The notes under the pieces: model-generated
What the model was told of the DNA's origin: nothing
Databases searched by the model: none
Seen by the model: the letters and a program-made list of their open reading frames with translations, nothing else
Source: an uncultured bacterium
GTDB lineage: Bacteria > Lernaellota > Lernaellaia > JACKCT01
Direction of reading: 5' to 3'
Length of the DNA stretch: 64,000 bases
Assembly (NCBI GenBank): GCA_964591275.1
Contig: CAZQAE010000023.1
Span: 6,333 to 70,332 of the forward strand
Part shown: positions 18,243 to 28,074 of the stretch, piece after piece
Numbering within the stretch: position 1 is the first letter of the stretch
Layout: each line of letters opens with the position of its first letter
Made by a program: the position numbers and the translations under genes

Positions 18243-21200
18243 TCACAAATTCAACGATCTCTGTATTTCAAGATCGATTTTCGGTGATTTTCGCATCTCA
18301 GGCAAAACCGGCGGCAATTCATCTTCTGTGAACAGCGGTCCAGCGAGTATCTCCTCAAGAAGTTTCCGCTGCCTGGAATATGTGTTCACCGTTTCATCCA
18401 AAATGGCCAACAACTTGAGTAATTCCGTCGTAAAATCCGGCGTCCAGGATTCAGGACCAATGTCATCCAAAGGGGAAGATTTTCTGCCTCTGGGCGTTTT
18501 CATACGATTCGCCAACCATGACTGGACAACTTTCAAACCCGAAACTTTGAACTCCCAGACTTCCCTCCTTACGGGTGCAAACTCGCCTTCGCCCACTCGC
18601 AGCACTTCCGTGGACTCGTTATATCCGAAATCGTCCGGGCATTTGGCGGGAGAATTCGGCACATGTTTTGTGCATCGAATTTTTCCACGCGGAATTGCAC
18701 CCTTCTTTCGACCCTGTCCAGAGAATCGCTCACCGTATGTGTGGAGCCATATCAAACGCCGACCGATCTTTTTCATCTTTTCAAACAGTTCCCGATTTTT
18801 CGTCAACGGTACTCGTATTTCCTGTTTTCCCAACTCATCCCAAAACCGTTTGGCATATCCTGGATGCGCCAGAACACCGTAAAGATAAGCCGAAAAGTCT
18901 TCAGGTTTTATTTTGCGTGCGAAATCGTAATGTTGAGTCAGCAGTCCGAGAACCCCAATATTAATATTTGGGGATTTTAAATCTCGGTCCCGGTATAAGG
19001 GGACAACATCTTTAGCGCCTCTGCCGCAAAAGAAATGCAAATCAGGGGGAGCCGCAGCTACCGTCAGCGCGGGGCCAGCGCCAATAGGCTGAGTAAAAAC
19101 ACTCGCAAAATACAGTTGCTTTTCACTGTGACAAAGCCATATTGCCGGCCTTGGTCGAGAAATCAATCGACCATCTGCAATTATTTTTTGGTTATCAAAC
19201 GATCTATATGAATAATCCATCAAGGGAGGTATTGATGCATTTCGCGGTTCTTTTGCGATCGGAATAGTCCGGTTATTTTCTGTGAGACGTACACAATAGC
19301 TTTGATCAATTTTTCGATCCCCAGATTCTTTAAAAGCGATTCCTCGATTGTCGGCCCTTAATAGGCTATCCCATCTGTGTTTAAGTATTTCCTCATCAGG
19401 CGCAATTGGCCATTTGCGCTTCATTTGCACACCCGAATGTTGCCAGGGCATTAGGTCCGTTAAAAGCGGCCAGGAGAAGAATTTTCCCGTACCGTTAGGT
19501 TTGAAATTTCCCTGCCATTCTTCCGGGCACTTACGCCACTTAAGGGGCTTGAAGCCGGATATGGAGTCCAAAGCGTCGAGCTTATCCTTTTTTGACCCTC
19601 TGATACGGACGTAGCGCGTTGTTGCAGGCTCTTCTTTTTTCTCCGACGCATTCCTGAGCGCAATACAGATTGCCACCGGCGTCTGAATCGCAAAGATATT
19701 TTTCCCCTTTCGGGTTCCTCTTCCTTCTCCCCCAAGATCGATTATCCATATTTCGTCGCAGGTGCGGCGCATGTGCTCTCGCATACCGGAAAAAGCATCG
19801 CCCTCAAGATACGATGATGCGGAAATGAAAGAGACGATTCCCGGACCTTGGGAAGTCATATGCTCAAGAACCTTCCACAACGCCCAACGCCAGAAATATA
19901 TATAAAGGTTGTAGAGATTTTTTATATCTCCGCCATGTCCTGCTTTGACCGCGGGTTCAATGAAGTCTTTTAAGATCGGCTTTTCGCCCGGACGATTTTC
20001 ATCGCCATACCGGACCCAGCCGCCCGTGCGGACTTTATAATGAGGATCTGAATTATCCGCCGCATCGTGACGATCATAGGGCGGATTTCCAAGGCAAACG
20101 AAAACCGGAACCTTCTCCTTTACCCTTAATGCCAAACGATGCTGATTGCTGATTTCCCTGAGGATGGTTGTCAACTGAATCGGCTTGGCAAAAGGAGATT
20201 CCAGCGTGTCAGTCAAATACACTCCGAGGCCGTCTTTGGGAAGCGATGCCCCTCGGTCGATCAACGCGCGGCTGACCCGTAATTCCGAAACGGAGTAAGG
20301 GCCGACCATAATTTCAAAACCAAACAGGTTTTTTGCCAGGATCGAAGCACGCCCAGGGACAGCCCCTTTCCCTTCTTCGTCTTCAACACGATCCAGGGCG
20401 TGATCAATGACTCCAAGCAGGTATGTGCCCGTACCGACGGCGGGATCAAGCGTTATGACATCATTATCCGCGAAACCCGTCTGTTTATCGAATCTCTCCC
20501 GAAGCAACTCGTCAACCAAGCGTACCTGCGCGCGAACAACCTCAACAGGCGTATAGTAAACTCCAGAGTCTTTTCGCATCTTCGGATCGTAAACGGCGAG
20601 AAAATCCTCGTAGAAATACAGCCAGGGGTCTTCCTTTTTCCCATTGGCCATCACCTTTTCCGGAATGGCGTTCACGACGCGTTGAAGCAATTTCAACGAC
20701 GGTGGTATTTCCTCCCTGGCCAACGGGTCAGTCAGAATTTCCAACGCCTTTGAAAGCAATGTATGCTTGGCATATAGCTTCTTGACGGCATCATCGATGT
20801 CGGTGACCGCGGCGCCTTCGGATTTTGCCAAAAGAAGCGCAAAGGTCACTGTCTGTGCGTATGCGTCGGCGAAACGCGCGTTGCTTGCGTCTGGAAATAA
20901 AAGCTGTCGCCAGTCATTGGCAATGGCTGTGAGTGGAGATGAGTTATCGGTGAGGGCATCCGTCACATCGTCGCGCAGCATACGGCATAATGGAGCCAGA
21001 AGGGCGGCCAGTCCCTCCGGTTCATCCGGCGCTATTGGATTCCAAGTGATAAAATCCGTAATAAGCCGAGCCAGGGCAAGGGCGTCATTTTTCTGAATCG
21101 CTTTCTTGCCGTCGCTTGCGATGTCGCCTGAAAGACGAACCGCGCGACCGACACGTTCCCCATTTCTATAAAGCACCCAGTCATTCCCATCGCAATATAT

Positions 21201-21563
21201 TAGGTTTGGTATGGCCTTAAAGCGCATCCATTGATTTTTGTCATGTCCTCTATAACGAGCCGGATCGACGCCCTTTCCTGTTTCCTTCAATTCCATGTAA
21301 CCCTGAAGCACTCCGTCGAGCAAAACCGCATAATCAGGAATGCCAAGCCTGTGTAGCTTTGATTCTCCTTTTGCAATTATCTCCTGAGAGGTCGCCTGGC
21401 CAACCTCTTTCAGAAATATTTCAAGGGGCGAACGCAGTTGGTCCTCCGGGTGACCGTCAACCAATGCAGACATTTTCTTATGCACCGTCTCTGCAAATGA
21501 CTGCAATGCCTTATACACTGCTGTTTCAAGCGGCGTCATTTTTTGAATTGTCATTTTGCACAC
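18243..21563 (-). CDS. Single-chain restriction-modification enzyme of MmeI-like Type IIL (or Type IIG) organisation, 1106 aa
   Basis: The N-terminal PD-(D/E)xK-like element is IPDYAVLL...YMELKETG. Gamma-class N6-methyltransferase motifs are VYYTPVEVV, DPAVGTGTYLLGVI and CLGNPPYDRH. The C-terminal approximately 450 aa fits a target-recognition domain. The G+C content is lower than in the surroundings. Confidence 0.65.
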   Translation of the reverse strand: MCKMTIQKMTPLETAVYKALQSFAETVHKKMSALVDGHPEDQLRSPLEIFLKEVGQATSQEIIAKGESKLHRLGIPDYAVLLDGVLQGYMELKETGKGVDPARYRGHDKNQWMRFKAIPNLIYCDGNDWVLYRNGERVGRAVRLSGDIASDGKKAIQKNDALALARLITDFITWNPIAPDEPEGLAALLAPLCRMLRDDVTDALTDNSSPLTAIANDWRQLLFPDASNARFADAYAQTVTFALLLAKSEGAAVTDIDDAVKKLYAKHTLLSKALEILTDPLAREEIPPSLKLLQRVVNAIPEKVMANGKKEDPWLYFYEDFLAVYDPKMRKDSGVYYTPVEVVRAQVRLVDELLRERFDKQTGFADNDVITLDPAVGTGTYLLGVIDHALDRVEDEEGKGAVPGRASILAKNLFGFEIMVGPYSVSELRVSRALIDRGASLPKDGLGVYLTDTLESPFAKPIQLTTILREISNQHRLALRVKEKVPVFVCLGNPPYDRHDAADNSDPHYKVRTGGWVRYGDENRPGEKPILKDFIEPAVKAGHGGDIKNLYNLYIYFWRWALWKVLEHMTSQGPGIVSFISASSYLEGDAFSGMREHMRRTCDEIWIIDLGGEGRGTRKGKNIFAIQTPVAICIALRNASEKKEEPATTRYVRIRGSKKDKLDALDSISGFKPLKWRKCPEEWQGNFKPNGTGKFFSWPLLTDLMPWQHSGVQMKRKWPIAPDEEILKHRWDSLLRADNRGIAFKESGDRKIDQSYCVRLTENNRTIPIAKEPRNASIPPLMDYSYRSFDNQKIIADGRLISRPRPAIWLCHSEKQLYFASVFTQPIGAGPALTVAAAPPDLHFFCGRGAKDVVPLYRDRDLKSPNINIGVLGLLTQHYDFARKIKPEDFSAYLYGVLAHPGYAKRFWDELGKQEIRVPLTKNRELFEKMKKIGRRLIWLHTYGERFSGQGRKKGAIPRGKIRCTKHVPNSPAKCPDDFGYNESTEVLRVGEGEFAPVRREVWEFKVSGLKVVQSWLANRMKTPRGRKSSPLDDIGPESWTPDFTTELLKLLAILDETVNTYSRQRKLLEEILAGPLFTEDELPPVLPEMRKSPKIDLEIQRSLNL

Positions 21564-21656
21564 CTTTCAGATAGCCGGTCAATGCGACTTGAACTATCGT
21601 ACTTTTATAACGAATAGACAACAACTCGGAGCTTTTCATGTTTTCAAAGCTCCACA

Positions 21657-22100
21657 TTGGAGTTAAGCTCTAGCAGGATTAATCGGGGCTATGCTATGAA
21701 CAAAATAAATCAATTGAAATGGCTGATGCGAATTCTGTCGCTGGCGATGGGGAGCGGCTTCGGATTGTCGCACCTGTTTTTCCCTGCCGCTTATTTCGGT
21801 TTTCTAAGCCAGACGCAATTCGACCCCGGCGATCCCTTTCAGATATTCCTCGCCAACATGGTGGGCGTCGTCGTCATAGCGCTGTGCGTCGGTTTTTGGA
21901 TTGCGGCGCAAGATCCGATAAAATACCGCGTGGTCATCATCCAGTTCTTCGTTTGCGCCGGCCTGACGATTCCCGTATTCTTCTTTCACCTGGTCACCGG
22001 CACACTGCGCGGATGGGAATGGCTGAACCTGGCCGCCCTTATCGCCGCAACCTGGGCCGTGTACGCCCTTTACCCATGGAAAGCCGACAAAAACTCATGA
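21657..22100 (+). CDS. Small integral membrane protein with four predicted TM helices
   Basis: It has hydrophobic segments, and its stop overlaps the rlmD start as ATGA. Confidence 0.5.
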   Translation: MELSSSRINRGYAMNKINQLKWLMRILSLAMGSGFGLSHLFFPAAYFGFLSQTQFDPGDPFQIFLANMVGVVVIALCVGFWIAAQDPIKYRVVIIQFFVCAGLTIPVFFFHLVTGTLRGWEWLNLAALIAATWAVYALYPWKADKNS

Positions 22101-23413
22101 CAATCAAAACCGATCCGCCTTATAAAAAAGGCGACATTATTGAAGTGCAATTTGAAACTATGGCCTTGGGAGGCGCCTGCAAGGGCACGCCCGTCGGCAG
22201 ACACCCCGGCTTCATGAGCGTCTTCGCCTCGTCCGCGGCGCCGGGCGATGTGGCCCGCGTCCGCGTTGATTCCGTCGTCAAACGCTATATCAACGCCGAG
22301 ATCGAGGAGATCATCACCCCTTCGCCGCAACGCGCAACGCCGCAATGCCCGATTTTCAACGAATGCGGCGGTTGCGACTGGCAACATCTTTCTTACGAGG
22401 CGCAATTGGCGCAATCGGACGATATCGCCGCTTACTCCATTAAGCGCCTTGGCAACATCGATTCTTTTGAGCACATTCTCGAACCAACGCACGGGGCGCC
22501 CTCCCCTTACGGCTATCGCGTGCGTGGAGATATGGCGGCGCGTGCGTCCGGCGGCGAAGTTGAACTGGGTTTCCGGCGCAAAAACAGCCGTCGCATCATC
22601 GAGACGACATCATGCCCCATCATGAAGCCCGCGTTATCCGCAGCGCTGCCCGCGGTCAAAGAGGCGTTGGTCATAGCAGGTCTTATAGAGGGCGAAGACT
22701 ACCGGATTCGCGTCGTGCTCGACGAAATCCAGGGACTCGTGGCCGCCATACCGGTTCCCATGACGCGTTTTCAATCCGGTCCCATCGAGGGTTGGATCAT
22801 CGACACACGCGACAACAAGGCGAAACCCGTCCAGAAATTCGGTGATTTCACCACCTCGGTCAGCGGCCTCGACTTGAGCCACCACCCCTCAGCCTTTACG
22901 CAGGTCAATCCAGAGGTGAACCGCATCCTGGCGGATTACGTTGCCGCCTCGCTCAAACCATCCGAGCGCGACGTTGTTCTGGAACTTTATGCGGGCATCG
23001 GCAATTTCACCATCCCGATTTCATCTCGCGTGAAGCGAATGATCGCCGTTGAGTCTTTTTCCCCGGCCCGTGAAAATATTCGATCAAACGCGCGGAAACA
23101 TCGCCGGGAAAATATTGAGCATGTCAGCGATTCCGCGTTGCATGCCTGCGGCAATATCGTCCACGCAAAGCGCCCCATCGACAAGATTTTGACCGATCCA
23201 CCCCGGAAAGGAATGGGGCATAACGTCTGTGTCTCGATCTCGAAGATCGCGCCCCGGCGCATCGTTTACCTGTCCTGCGATATCGATTCGCTCAGAGACG
23301 ACATAAAAATATTGCACAAAGGCGGATTCATTCTCCGCGCATTGACGCCTTTCGATATGTTTCCGCAATCCTGGCACAAGGAATATCTCGCCGTTTTGGA
23401 CCTTTGCAAATGA
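22097..23413 (+). CDS. RumA/RlmD-family 23S rRNA (uracil-C5)-methyltransferase with TRAM domain and Fe-S cysteines
   Basis: The TRAM N-terminus is DIIEVQFETMALGGACKG. The Cys cluster is CPIFNECGGCDWQH. The C-terminal Rossmann-fold methyltransferase region is LELYAGIGNFTIP. The track ORF (21719) is over-extended at its 5' end. Confidence 0.75.
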   Translation: MTIKTDPPYKKGDIIEVQFETMALGGACKGTPVGRHPGFMSVFASSAAPGDVARVRVDSVVKRYINAEIEEIITPSPQRATPQCPIFNECGGCDWQHLSYEAQLAQSDDIAAYSIKRLGNIDSFEHILEPTHGAPSPYGYRVRGDMAARASGGEVELGFRRKNSRRIIETTSCPIMKPALSAALPAVKEALVIAGLIEGEDYRIRVVLDEIQGLVAAIPVPMTRFQSGPIEGWIIDTRDNKAKPVQKFGDFTTSVSGLDLSHHPSAFTQVNPEVNRILADYVAASLKPSERDVVLELYAGIGNFTIPISSRVKRMIAVESFSPARENIRSNARKHRRENIEHVSDSALHACGNIVHAKRPIDKILTDPPRKGMGHNVCVSISKIAPRRIVYLSCDIDSLRDDIKILHKGGFILRALTPFDMFPQSWHKEYLAVLDLCK

Positions 23414-23667
23414 GTTCACCAGCGAGTGCGTGCGCCTTGGCGAATGCACAAAAAAAAAGCCGGCCGCGTATTGCTGACCGACTCTCCAGTGTGACGGGTC
23501 TAAGTTTAGATCAAAAACACGTTCATATGCTTGCGGCATATTTCCCTGTGTTTAAGATCGGGTCTGACCCCCACGAAAACCGTTTCATCCGGTAGGCGAA
23601 GATCCTTTCGCCGAGGGGATGACGCGGTTTGCGTTATGCAATTCAATTGTCAAAGCTGGCGCCGTGT

Positions 23668-24168
23668 CTATGCTTCGGTGCCTTCATCTATGGGCGTTGT
23701 GTCTTCGTCGTCGATATCGACGCCCCCGCCAGACTCGGCGCTGCCGTTAGGATCCCCTTCCCAGAAATCCACCGACACGATGACCTGCATGGACTTGTAC
23801 GTGGCGACGACGGCCGAGTAACCCGCTGTTCCGGTGGCACTCAAAGCCGTCACGGCAACCCCGTCCACATCCGTTTCCATTTTGTTTTCCGAAAGCGCGC
23901 CGATGGTGGAAGTGACCACGATGTCAGCCCTTTCAATGGCCGAGCCGTCCGGCGCGTATAGCTCGACCAACACCGTGCAGGCGCCGCCCGAAAAAACGTC
24001 AAGATTGTCGGGTGAAACCGTGAGCTTTAAGGTCTGCCCCGCGTCATTGGTCATAACGGCCGATTCGGTTGTGAGAAAATCATCCTCGCAACTAAGAAGA
24101 GGCATCGCTATCAGCACGGCAAAAATTATGATTCCAACAAAACGCATTCTGGCTCCCGGTTTTCTCAC
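23668..24168 (-). CDS. Small secreted lipoprotein with acidic C-terminus
   Basis: The signal peptide and lipobox are ...AMPLLSC, followed by EDD. Confidence 0.5.
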   Translation of the reverse strand: MRKPGARMRFVGIIIFAVLIAMPLLSCEDDFLTTESAVMTNDAGQTLKLTVSPDNLDVFSGGACTVLVELYAPDGSAIERADIVVTSTIGALSENKMETDVDGVAVTALSATGTAGYSAVVATYKSMQVIVSVDFWEGDPNGSAESGGGVDIDDEDTTPIDEGTEA

Positions 24169-24500
24169 GATACTGGATTAAGCAAGGGCCATGCCAACAG
24201 GTGGCGCGCTTGGGCGGGAAGCTATAATATGTATTATTATCAGCCGCTTAGGAGTTGATCATTAAAGTAACTACGATGCGTATTAGTGCTAATCCACGAG
24301 GCAATTCCAACCAGCATTAAAGGTGAGCATCGGGAAAAATTTGCCTGTCAGCGGCAGGATCACCGGGCAAGATATTCAAATTATTGAAGTAACGAGGGTG
24401 TTGATAAGCGCTATTTTAGAAAAGAGATAGTCGCACAGTAATTTCAGGCGATCCCGTTTAGGCGCGACAAGTATTCCCGATTTTATGACAAGCAGCTTTC

Positions 24501-27032
24501 CTATGGCGCCAGTTGATTCTCATACACTTCATATTGCCGGCACGGCTGGCCGCGAAGCGCATGGCATTCGGGCAGGGCCGTCGGCACGTCGATTCCGGGA
24601 ATGACCGGAAAAACGATACTGGACGGAAAGGCTTCGTGATGAGAAATGATATTTGTCGGCGGCGTATCGAAATCCAAAAGCAAAAACCGCCATCGGGCCA
24701 TGCTGTCTCCAGGAGTGTCCACGGTTAACCGAATGCGGGAACCGGCTCTGAAAATATGGAGTATAGGCATAAATTCCACTCGCACTTCGTTCCACTGCCC
24801 GGCCTCAAGTGGAATAATATCCTCCTCATAGTGGGAAGAAATGGGGCGAAGCTCGGTGCTTTCTTCGAACAAGGTCCTGTGGCTGGCGCGAAGCCACCCG
24901 CTTTGGACGTATGACTCAAAATCATCCGGCCTCACTTCGGAAAGATTCACCTCCAGGTCCGCATCGTTGGCCGTGGACTGAAACCAAAGATCTACGCTTG
25001 CAGATCCCACGAGAACTACATCTTCTTCAAGGGGCGCTGTTAAAAAACTCACCGCCTTGCCGGGCACGGGTTGGCGGTAGTCCCAATTTGGTTGGAGATG
25101 ATTTACGGAGCCGCTGGCCAGATTCACTCTCTCCCCGGCTTCCGGATCGTGTTCGAATTCACAGGCCCCTCCATCTGTAGGAGGCAAATCTTCAGAAAGA
25201 CTTCCATCGGGTTGAAAATATAATCTTGTGGGCACTGTCGACGGGATAGGCCATTCGGGAAATTTCACTTCAAATGTGCCCACCGGCGCTCCGGGTTCCA
25301 CATCGGGGTGGGCGCCGGATTCGAAAATCACCCGTACCTCGTCTTCGGCTTCGTAATCGGCTTTCGCCTGCTCAAAATTCGTATAGGAAGCAAATCGATC
25401 CGGCCCGAAATCCATACCCTGTGAGCTTTCAAAGACATCTTCCATGAAAATTGGCACCAATAATCTGACCAGAAGGGGGATTCGGGGGATTTCGCCGGTG
25501 AGGTAAAATGACTGAAAATTGTGCCACTCCGTCAGGTTCTGCGGCGAATACCCGTCCATATGCACGCCGTTTGTTACGGTGAACCGAGTAACTGGAGCGC
25601 TTGTGAATTTATCGAACAGGGCTGGGGAATGGGGTCCGGTTTGTTCATCCTGCATCTGTCCTGCCATAAATACGGGAACGTTAATATTTTGAACAAACTT
25701 GCTGGGGTCCAGCGGCGCCGCTACCTCATCAGTGTAAAATGGATTTTCCAGCGCTTTTTCAATGGCATCCAGCAGTTGGCTGTGTAGAAGCTGATTTTCC
25801 TCGCAAATCGTGTCCCCGGCATCAACCAGTTCGGTTATCCAATCGTGAGCGTAGGGTTCTGCCTTGTTTAGAACCATTTCGATCCAGTCAAAGGCAAAGC
25901 CGTTGTTGTATATGCCTCCGGGAACCAGCGTGGAGGACACGGTGTCGGCAATGACTGAAAAAGGCGATATGGAAGCCAGGCTCGGCGGATTGATGGAGGC
26001 CACGAAAAGTTGCGTTATGCCGGGGTAAGACAAGCCCACCATAGCCACCTTGTGGTCAAAAACCCATTCCTGCGCTGCGATGGTTTCAATAACATCGTAT
26101 CCGTCAAGAAGCTGCAGCATCTCAAAATAATCGTAAGCCCCGCCGCTGCAACCAGTTCCGCGAATATTGACGCCCACTGTTGCGTAGCCGAGCACGTTGC
26201 CGATTATTCCGTAGGGGTGGTCGGGCGCATTGCAGAGCACTGGATACAGCCAGCAGAAGTTCTCGGCATCGCCGCCCACGCTTTGTCCGGGTCTTGAAGG
26301 CGTATATCCGGACAGATTTAACAAAGTTGGGTATGGCCCATCCTCCACTGGCCCGGGAAGCGAAACGAAAATCGAAAGCTGCGTGCCGTCGCGTGTAGTC
26401 AGGTAGCCGTAGCCGATATCCAAAACCTGACGATCGTAGAATGTTTGACGGGGTAGGCTTTCCTCCACTGACATGACGGTGAGTCGGTCAGTGTAATCTT
26501 CGTGATCTTCGGCAAGGCGAACAACATACCCCGCACCAGGTTCAAGTTCCCGAACGACCAGACTGCCCTGGTAATCGGTGGGTGATGAAAACACCACAGC
26601 GCCGCTCGGATCGACAATTTCAATCTCGGTGTCCGGCTCGCCGTTCCAGATATGAAGTTGCTCAACGCTTTTCCTGACTGAAAAGCTGCCTGAGACATGG
26701 GGAAATTTATCGATGCTGACGTCGTAATCATCGTCGATGTCATCATCGACATCGTCGTCCACGTCATCATCGACATCGTCGTCCGTATCATCATCGACAT
26801 CGTCGTCCGTATCATCATCGACATCATCGTCCGTATCATCGTCGACATCATCGTCCGTATCATCATCGGGCAATGGAGCGTTGTCGTCATCGTCAATGTC
26901 ATCGTCCGAGCCTCCGCCTGAATCGGAATCATCATTGTCATCGTCGTCACCGCATCCGGTCGACGTCAAAAGCAAGGCAAGCATGATCAGTATGAGGAGA
27001 ACTACGCTTTTCATCTGCATTTTCCATTTCAT
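24501..27032 (-). CDS. Secreted CocE/NonD (X-Pro dipeptidyl-peptidase, S15)-family alpha/beta hydrolase with lipoprotein polyAsp N-terminal linker
   Basis: The start at 27032 (MKWKMQMKS...LLTSTGCGDDDDNDDSD) is preferred over the track start 27101. The nucleophile elbow is VGLSYPG, with upstream NIRGTGCSGG. Confidence 0.65.
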   Translation of the reverse strand: MKWKMQMKSVVLLILIMLALLLTSTGCGDDDDNDDSDSGGGSDDDIDDDDNAPLPDDDTDDDVDDDTDDDVDDDTDDDVDDDTDDDVDDDVDDDVDDDIDDDYDVSIDKFPHVSGSFSVRKSVEQLHIWNGEPDTEIEIVDPSGAVVFSSPTDYQGSLVVRELEPGAGYVVRLAEDHEDYTDRLTVMSVEESLPRQTFYDRQVLDIGYGYLTTRDGTQLSIFVSLPGPVEDGPYPTLLNLSGYTPSRPGQSVGGDAENFCWLYPVLCNAPDHPYGIIGNVLGYATVGVNIRGTGCSGGAYDYFEMLQLLDGYDVIETIAAQEWVFDHKVAMVGLSYPGITQLFVASINPPSLASISPFSVIADTVSSTLVPGGIYNNGFAFDWIEMVLNKAEPYAHDWITELVDAGDTICEENQLLHSQLLDAIEKALENPFYTDEVAAPLDPSKFVQNINVPVFMAGQMQDEQTGPHSPALFDKFTSAPVTRFTVTNGVHMDGYSPQNLTEWHNFQSFYLTGEIPRIPLLVRLLVPIFMEDVFESSQGMDFGPDRFASYTNFEQAKADYEAEDEVRVIFESGAHPDVEPGAPVGTFEVKFPEWPIPSTVPTRLYFQPDGSLSEDLPPTDGGACEFEHDPEAGERVNLASGSVNHLQPNWDYRQPVPGKAVSFLTAPLEEDVVLVGSASVDLWFQSTANDADLEVNLSEVRPDDFESYVQSGWLRASHRTLFEESTELRPISSHYEEDIIPLEAGQWNEVRVEFMPILHIFRAGSRIRLTVDTPGDSMARWRFLLLDFDTPPTNIISHHEAFPSSIVFPVIPGIDVPTALPECHALRGQPCRQYEVYENQLAP
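26737..26880. repeat. Tandem 24-bp coding repeats (DDDTDDDV)n within the hydrolase gene
   Basis: The unit catcgtcgtccgtatcatcatcga is reiterated about six times. Confidence 0.8.
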
Positions 27033-27360
27033 ATTGTAAATTTGACTCCCTTGGCTATCTTTTTTAGGAAAAAGGGCAAAGCCCGTCCAGGCGGATTGCA
27101 AAAAAACTCTTCGGGAAGCTTTTTAAACTTTGAAAAGCATAAAGTAAAAAACAGTGGAATGCCATACGGTACGATTTCTCTAAAAAATGCGAATCGAAAA
27201 AGATCGCCTGCGATAATTCGAACAACCACTTGAGCCTCGCCCTTTTATAAAAAAACTTCGCGCCGGTTCAGATGACATGAGTCGCGGCTCAGAACCACGT
27301 GGGCTTGCTTTATGGTGATGACCAAATCATCATGCAATCTGAAAAACTCGGAGGCCAACA

Positions 27361-28014
27361 ATGAAATACCACTTCGCCAATGATTATCGAGATATTTACG
27401 ATGCCTCGCAGCTTCGAAGCCTTTTCGCCTTCGAAACATTCCGCGTTCAGGGCGATTCCGTCGTCGGATTCGTTTCGCCTTGCCACATCACGGTGGAAAA
27501 ACTCATCGACCGGGACGACGCCGTCAACAATCGACCGATCCACGCCGAATCGCAGGTGCACTACGTGGTGGAAATGTTCGGCGTCGATCTGAAATTCGGC
27601 GTCATGGCCCAGCGCCTGCTCAACGGCTGGATGGAACGCGGGGCGAAGCTTTTTAAATCCCCGGATGTCCATTGCCTTATTGAGCTTTCGGGCAATGATG
27701 TTTACGCGCTTTTCCCGGACGAAATCCAACTGGACGCAGGCCAAGACATCAGCGCCTTCATCCGATCCGGCGGATTTCATTACGATATCCCGGGCTGCCG
27801 GAAGCTGTCGGTGTCCATTGCCACTTTGAGTCCGGTCAGCGCCCTTATCCACGCGGGAATTAACGTGTCGACCGAGGGCACTCCCGTGCAGACCGCCAGT
27901 CTGGAAATGCTCGGAATCGATCCCGTCGAATACACGAACTGGGTAGGCGACAACTTCGCGAGAGATTTTGAGAAGGTTCTTATGGCTTGCACAAAAGCGA
28001 AGCCGACACCCTGA
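27361..28014 (+). CDS. Hypothetical cytoplasmic protein (217 aa)
   Basis: It is a long ORF with host-like codon usage and no recognisable motifs. Confidence 0.4.
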   Translation: MKYHFANDYRDIYDASQLRSLFAFETFRVQGDSVVGFVSPCHITVEKLIDRDDAVNNRPIHAESQVHYVVEMFGVDLKFGVMAQRLLNGWMERGAKLFKSPDVHCLIELSGNDVYALFPDEIQLDAGQDISAFIRSGGFHYDIPGCRKLSVSIATLSPVSALIHAGINVSTEGTPVQTASLEMLGIDPVEYTNWVGDNFARDFEKVLMACTKAKPTP

Positions 28015-28074
28015 GAACGCCGGTTATCGCCGGATGATTAATAGGAATCAGGCTCACACGGCGCGCGAAGGCCG

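Noticed and set aside
21719-22096. N-terminal 126-codon extension of the rlmD ORF (start 21719), and similar 5' extensions of track ORFs 24501-27101, 47625-49049 and 62037-63992
   Set aside because: The extensions overlap upstream genes or lack coding character. Internal Met codons followed by a signal peptide or conserved N-terminus (22097, 27032, 47871, 63641) are the credible starts.
26399-26950. 183-aa minus-strand ORF (MTTMTMMIP...) and 26737-27039 plus ORF (poly-Ser), plus similar ORFs at 36595-36945, 36750-37157 and 63326-63994
   Set aside because: They are alternative-frame translations of the Asp-codon tandem repeats (poly-Met/Ile/Ser/Thr or His/Arg runs) and not genes.
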